Shown here: positions 46,721 through 50,033 of the stretch, piece by piece
Position numbering within the stretch: position 1 is the first letter of the stretch
How the letters are laid out: every line of letters starts with the position of its first letter
Assembly: GCA_001687465.1 (NCBI GenBank)
Contig: LVLI01000272.1
Coordinates: 1 to 50,033 of the forward strand
Direction of reading: 5' to 3'
Length of the DNA stretch: 50,033 nt
Source: Halocafeteria seosinensis
Lineage: Eukaryota
Notes under the pieces: model-generated
What the model saw: the letters and a program-made list of their open reading frames with translations, nothing else
What the model was told of the DNA's origin: nothing
The model's database searches: none
Translations under genes and position numbers: made by a program

Positions 46721-48689
46721 TAATATTGGTCGATGCGCTACACTAAACTATATGTCTAGGCGCCTACACAGACCTCTGGTACAATGTACACTTCGTATGA
46801 CGACGAAGTGCACACGCCAGGACTGACGACGGAAGACTGGCACGGCTCTGCAAACGTCGAAAGGATTTACAATGCTCATTTAAGACATCGAGCAAAGAGA
46901 ATCCATAAAAAGAGAGCTTTGCATGTGCAAAGCAGGAGCCCGACAAGTCGGGAGTTACAGAATGTAAAATAGGTTCACGGTGCACTAGGGATATGGAGTT
47001 TTACAAGGCTAGCAGGGACACTTGCCTGTCTCACGTGTTCTTATCCCCCTGGATTAGCCCCGTCCGCAAGCACAGTACCTCGTATTGAAGTAGACCCTTG
47101 GTTGGAGGCACGTAGTCTCCGGTTATTCCGGAGGATGTTCCTATATTCAGACTTCTGAGAGTTGCTGAATTGGATATAGGCAGTCTTGTTGTTGTCCTTC
47201 ATGTACTCCCGAAGGTGCTGTTGGTCCCAAAGGACATCCATTGTGATGCCGTTGGTCCATTGAATTGAAGTTGAGCAGTATGGAATATGGCACTGAGCTT
47301 GTCGTACAGGCGAATTGAATGATTCTGCACAGTGTAAGTGAAGTGACGCCCGAGATACCAGTCGATGGTTTCCTCAACGGAATTGCCAAGCCACCAATGA
47401 ACTATCTCGAAATTTGGTGGAAGAGGTATCCAAGGCATTTTGAGGTTGGCGCAGCGTTGTTGACGGTGGTCAGCGAGGAGCGTGATTTGGGGTACTTGAG
47501 CAGTCCACTGTTGGAGCTCCGGATAACCGCTAGGAGCATGTGCAAGGTAGAGTACTGCCCCTTCGTAATCTAAGAAAAGGTGTTTCCACAACGGACGAAG
47601 ATTGGGGAGTAGGAGGTTCGTCGCGTCATTTGCCTGCTCGCGTTACAAGCAAGATAGCTCCACGGAGTGTCCCAGTTGCTTCCGTATGGTGACACACCCA
47701 TCCTTGGAGAACCCGCTTGGACCACCACGTTTCTGGGTGATACCAACCAAATATCATTTCCCATCGGTCATCTGTGAACAGTCCAGAGGCAGGGTCAGAG
47801 CAAGGCCGCAGCCAAAGCTGATAATGAGCAGGGTCAGGCACGGTGACACCAGCTTGTCCGCCACAAGCCAAAGGCCCAGTCGCTGACTGCAAAGCTTCCC
47901 ACAACAATAAGAAGAATTGAGGATTTAAAAAGACGCTGTCCCCCTCTGCATGAGCAGGATATACTGAAGATACTAAGTTGCGGCGTTCGAGCAGTAGTAC
48001 ACTCCAGTGATGTACTTCTGAAACCGAACCATCGCTTCCTCTGCTTGCAATTTGATAAATATAGCACTTGGGACAGGTTTGAAGCTTTCGTGTATCATCT
48101 TCTGAATGTTGCAGAATTTGTAGAAGTGCTTTTCGCGGGGCTCCCGTCGGCGAAGCCGTTGGTGGTGCTCGACTAAATACTGGTGGTCGATCAATGATGT
48201 CTGAATGCCGACAAGGCCCCGTACTCTGGGATTCGTCCAGTAGAATAAAATATGCCGCCAAACTTCTATGCGCTGCTGAACATACATCAAAGGTTGGCTG
48301 CAACAGGGACATTGTGGACATGCACTATAGATGTCCGGGCGCTCAAGGATAGTCTCCCACACCAGTGGCGCCATCCCACTTCTCAAGCGCATAGAGGCCA
48401 GTCGCACCATCAGTTGTTCAGGTGTGTCGCGAGCATCCCGGCCAGCACTTAGATTGAGACGAATCGGGCGACATAAACTGCGAAGAGGTGCCGGGTCATG
48501 TAGCATCCATTCAGAATTAGGGAGAGGGGTCGAGTTCATGGGGATGCTCGTGTTTCGGTCAACAGGAAGGTTAAGCATCATTTCTGATTGTACTGGAGCA
48601 ATGACACAGGGGAACGGATACCAGTAAGGGAGATGGACCAATGTGGCATCCGCTAGTGGATTTGCCCTTCGACGAGACAGCTCCGCAAG
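46701..48689 (-). mobile_element. Non-LTR retrotransposon fragment, copy 2: frameshifted 3' part with zinc-knuckle remnant, C-terminal extension, 3' UTR and (CTAA)5 tail
   Basis: 48402-48689 matches 43770-44066 (7 substitutions and one 9-bp indel). It continues CPCC..EVWRHILFYW (CCHC-like, last C replaced by W), then ORF pieces in alternating frames to a stop at 47041. Confidence 0.8.
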
Positions 48690-48809
48690 AGAAATCGGAC
48701 AAAGTATCCCGGGATGCTCTCCGACAGGAGTAGACATTAAAATATATTTTTGCCGATCTGGTCGATTTGTTCCGTGCACCGTACCGAGCGCGTTCTTCTC
48801 GACGAGGGG

Positions 48810-49620
48810 GTTCCTGCCAGAACTTCCTGGTGCCATCCGCTGCTGCAAATTCCTACTGATAGAATTGGTTTCCGTCGGAGGACCCTCTGAGGAGGGACTT
48901 CCCGGCCGGTGGGCTATCTGTCACATATGTGTGTGTGTGTGTTCCTGCTAGAAGTTCGTAGTGCCATCCTACTGATAGAATTGATTTCTGCGCGGAAGGC
49001 TCCGAAGTAAGTGGAAGTACTCGCTGCTGGAACGCGACTGGCTGCAAGGCAAGCGCGAGGCTAATGCCATCCTCTGAAGGACCCTCTTACCAAGCGTGTT
49101 CCTCTCGAAGAGGACGTACTGATAGAACTGATTTTCGCTGGCAGGATCCTCCGAAGTAAACGTTGGTTGCTGTAACTCGACTGGACCAAGAGGTCCTTCC
49201 TGGTTGCTAATGCACTGGCCACAAGTTGAATGTGTGTGATGTGTATTGTTTGCATGTTTGCTAGATGTACCAGAGCTCGAAAATGAACGTTCATCCGGCG
49301 TGTTGTAGTCAACTTGTAGACAATGAATGAAGTACAGTGTAAACTCCATTCGTATTTTGTTGAAGTTCTAGAACAGAGACTGTCTACGAGAGACAGATGG
49401 AAACGAACTTGATTCGTGTGTCCCCGATGCACCGCTAACGCTGATGATCGAGGAATTGATGCCCTTCGTTCACCCGGTCTGCTGTAGACAATGTGTTGAA
49501 ATCCATCCGTCTTTTGTTGAAGTTCCAGAAGAGTTGGAAATGTTCTTAAGGTTCAACTTGATTCCTCCGTCCCCTCTGCGCTGGCGCTGATGATCGAGAA
49601 ATTGATGCCCTTCCGGTTTT
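48810..49620. repeat. Block of degenerate direct repeats (about 116-147 bp spacing)
   Basis: tcctactgatagaattg at 48851 and 48967, with a variant at 49117; gctgatgatcgagRaattgatgcccttc at 49440 and 49586; ttttgttgaagttc and tgtagacaatg each occur twice. Confidence 0.7.
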
Positions 49621-49730
49621 GCCCTCCTTCTGTCTCGGCTGTCCCTTTTCCCGTCTTCCACACGCCTCTGAGTTGGGAACGGGGAAAAACCCAAAAATTT
49701 TTCGCCTGCGGCGCAAACTCAACCACAACA

Positions 49731-50033
49731 CTAACGCATCGGCCGGTTACACAAATTCGATAAATGAGAAAACGCAGCATCCGTTATCGTAGACTGAGAG
49801 CACACTGCCATATCCAACGACGACACATTCGATAAATGAGAAAACGCAGCATCCGTTATCGTAGACTGAGAGCACCAACTCATATCCAACGACGACACAT
49901 TCGATAAATGAGAAAACGCAGCATCCGTTATCGTAGACTGAGAGCACCCTCGCATAGTCAACGACGACACATTCGATAAATGAGAAAACGCAGCATCCGT
50001 TATCGTAGACTGAGAGCACCAACTCATATCCAA
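49731..50033 (-). CDS. 3' end of an LRR gene made of near-identical 72-bp repeats, running off the right edge and ending abruptly
   Basis: Units 49755-49826, 49827-49898, 49899-49970 and 49971-50033 (partial) encode SHLSNVSSL(D/T)M(S/R/A)(W/G/V)CSQSTITDAAF. Confidence 0.9.
   Translation of the reverse strand: MDMSWCSQSTITDAAFSHLSNVSSLTMRGCSQSTITDAAFSHLSNVSSLDMSWCSQSTITDAAFSHLSNVSSLDMAVCSQSTITDAAFSHLSNLCNRPMR

Noticed and set aside
49440..49613. Repeated CTGATGA...GAAA resembling hammerhead ribozyme cores
   Set aside because: Only 4 nt lie between CTGATGA and GAAA, one copy has GGAA, and stems I/III with a UH cleavage site cannot be formed.
49755..50033. Constant repeats with short variable inserts resembling a CRISPR array
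   Set aside because: The period is exactly 24 codons in an open LRR frame, the variable part is only 11 nt, the context is eukaryotic, and there are no cas genes.

Overview
Gene-dense eukaryotic DNA, probably from a microbial eukaryote/protist, with short spliceosomal introns (mostly about 60-85 bp). The ORF track therefore fragments most genes, and I reconstructed exons by hand. The left part holds conserved housekeeping genes: eIF1AD, Derlin, mevalonate kinase, HROB/C17orf53 and C2CD5. Between HROB and C2CD5 lies a divergent pair: a giant-virus-like SF2 helicase that has acquired introns, and a SIM + ankyrin-like + half-degenerate RING protein, which has a stop-truncated paralog at 21-22 kb. 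The middle holds a TPR protein, a Myb-like gene, orphan genes, an LRR gene, two tandem SCP/CTD phosphatases and a P-loop NTPase. The right ~7 kb is mobile/repetitive. It contains a TIR-bounded hAT/MITE-like element and two overlapping head-to-tail pieces of one RT-RNase H non-LTR retrotransposon whose (CTAA)5 3' tail is fused to telomeric TTAGGG repeats. It also contains a degenerate repeat block and an LRR array of nearly identical 72-bp units that vary only at three ligand-facing codons. The best candidates for novel biology are the telomere-primed retroelement and the diversifying LRR array. All homology calls are from motif recognition only; no searches were run.
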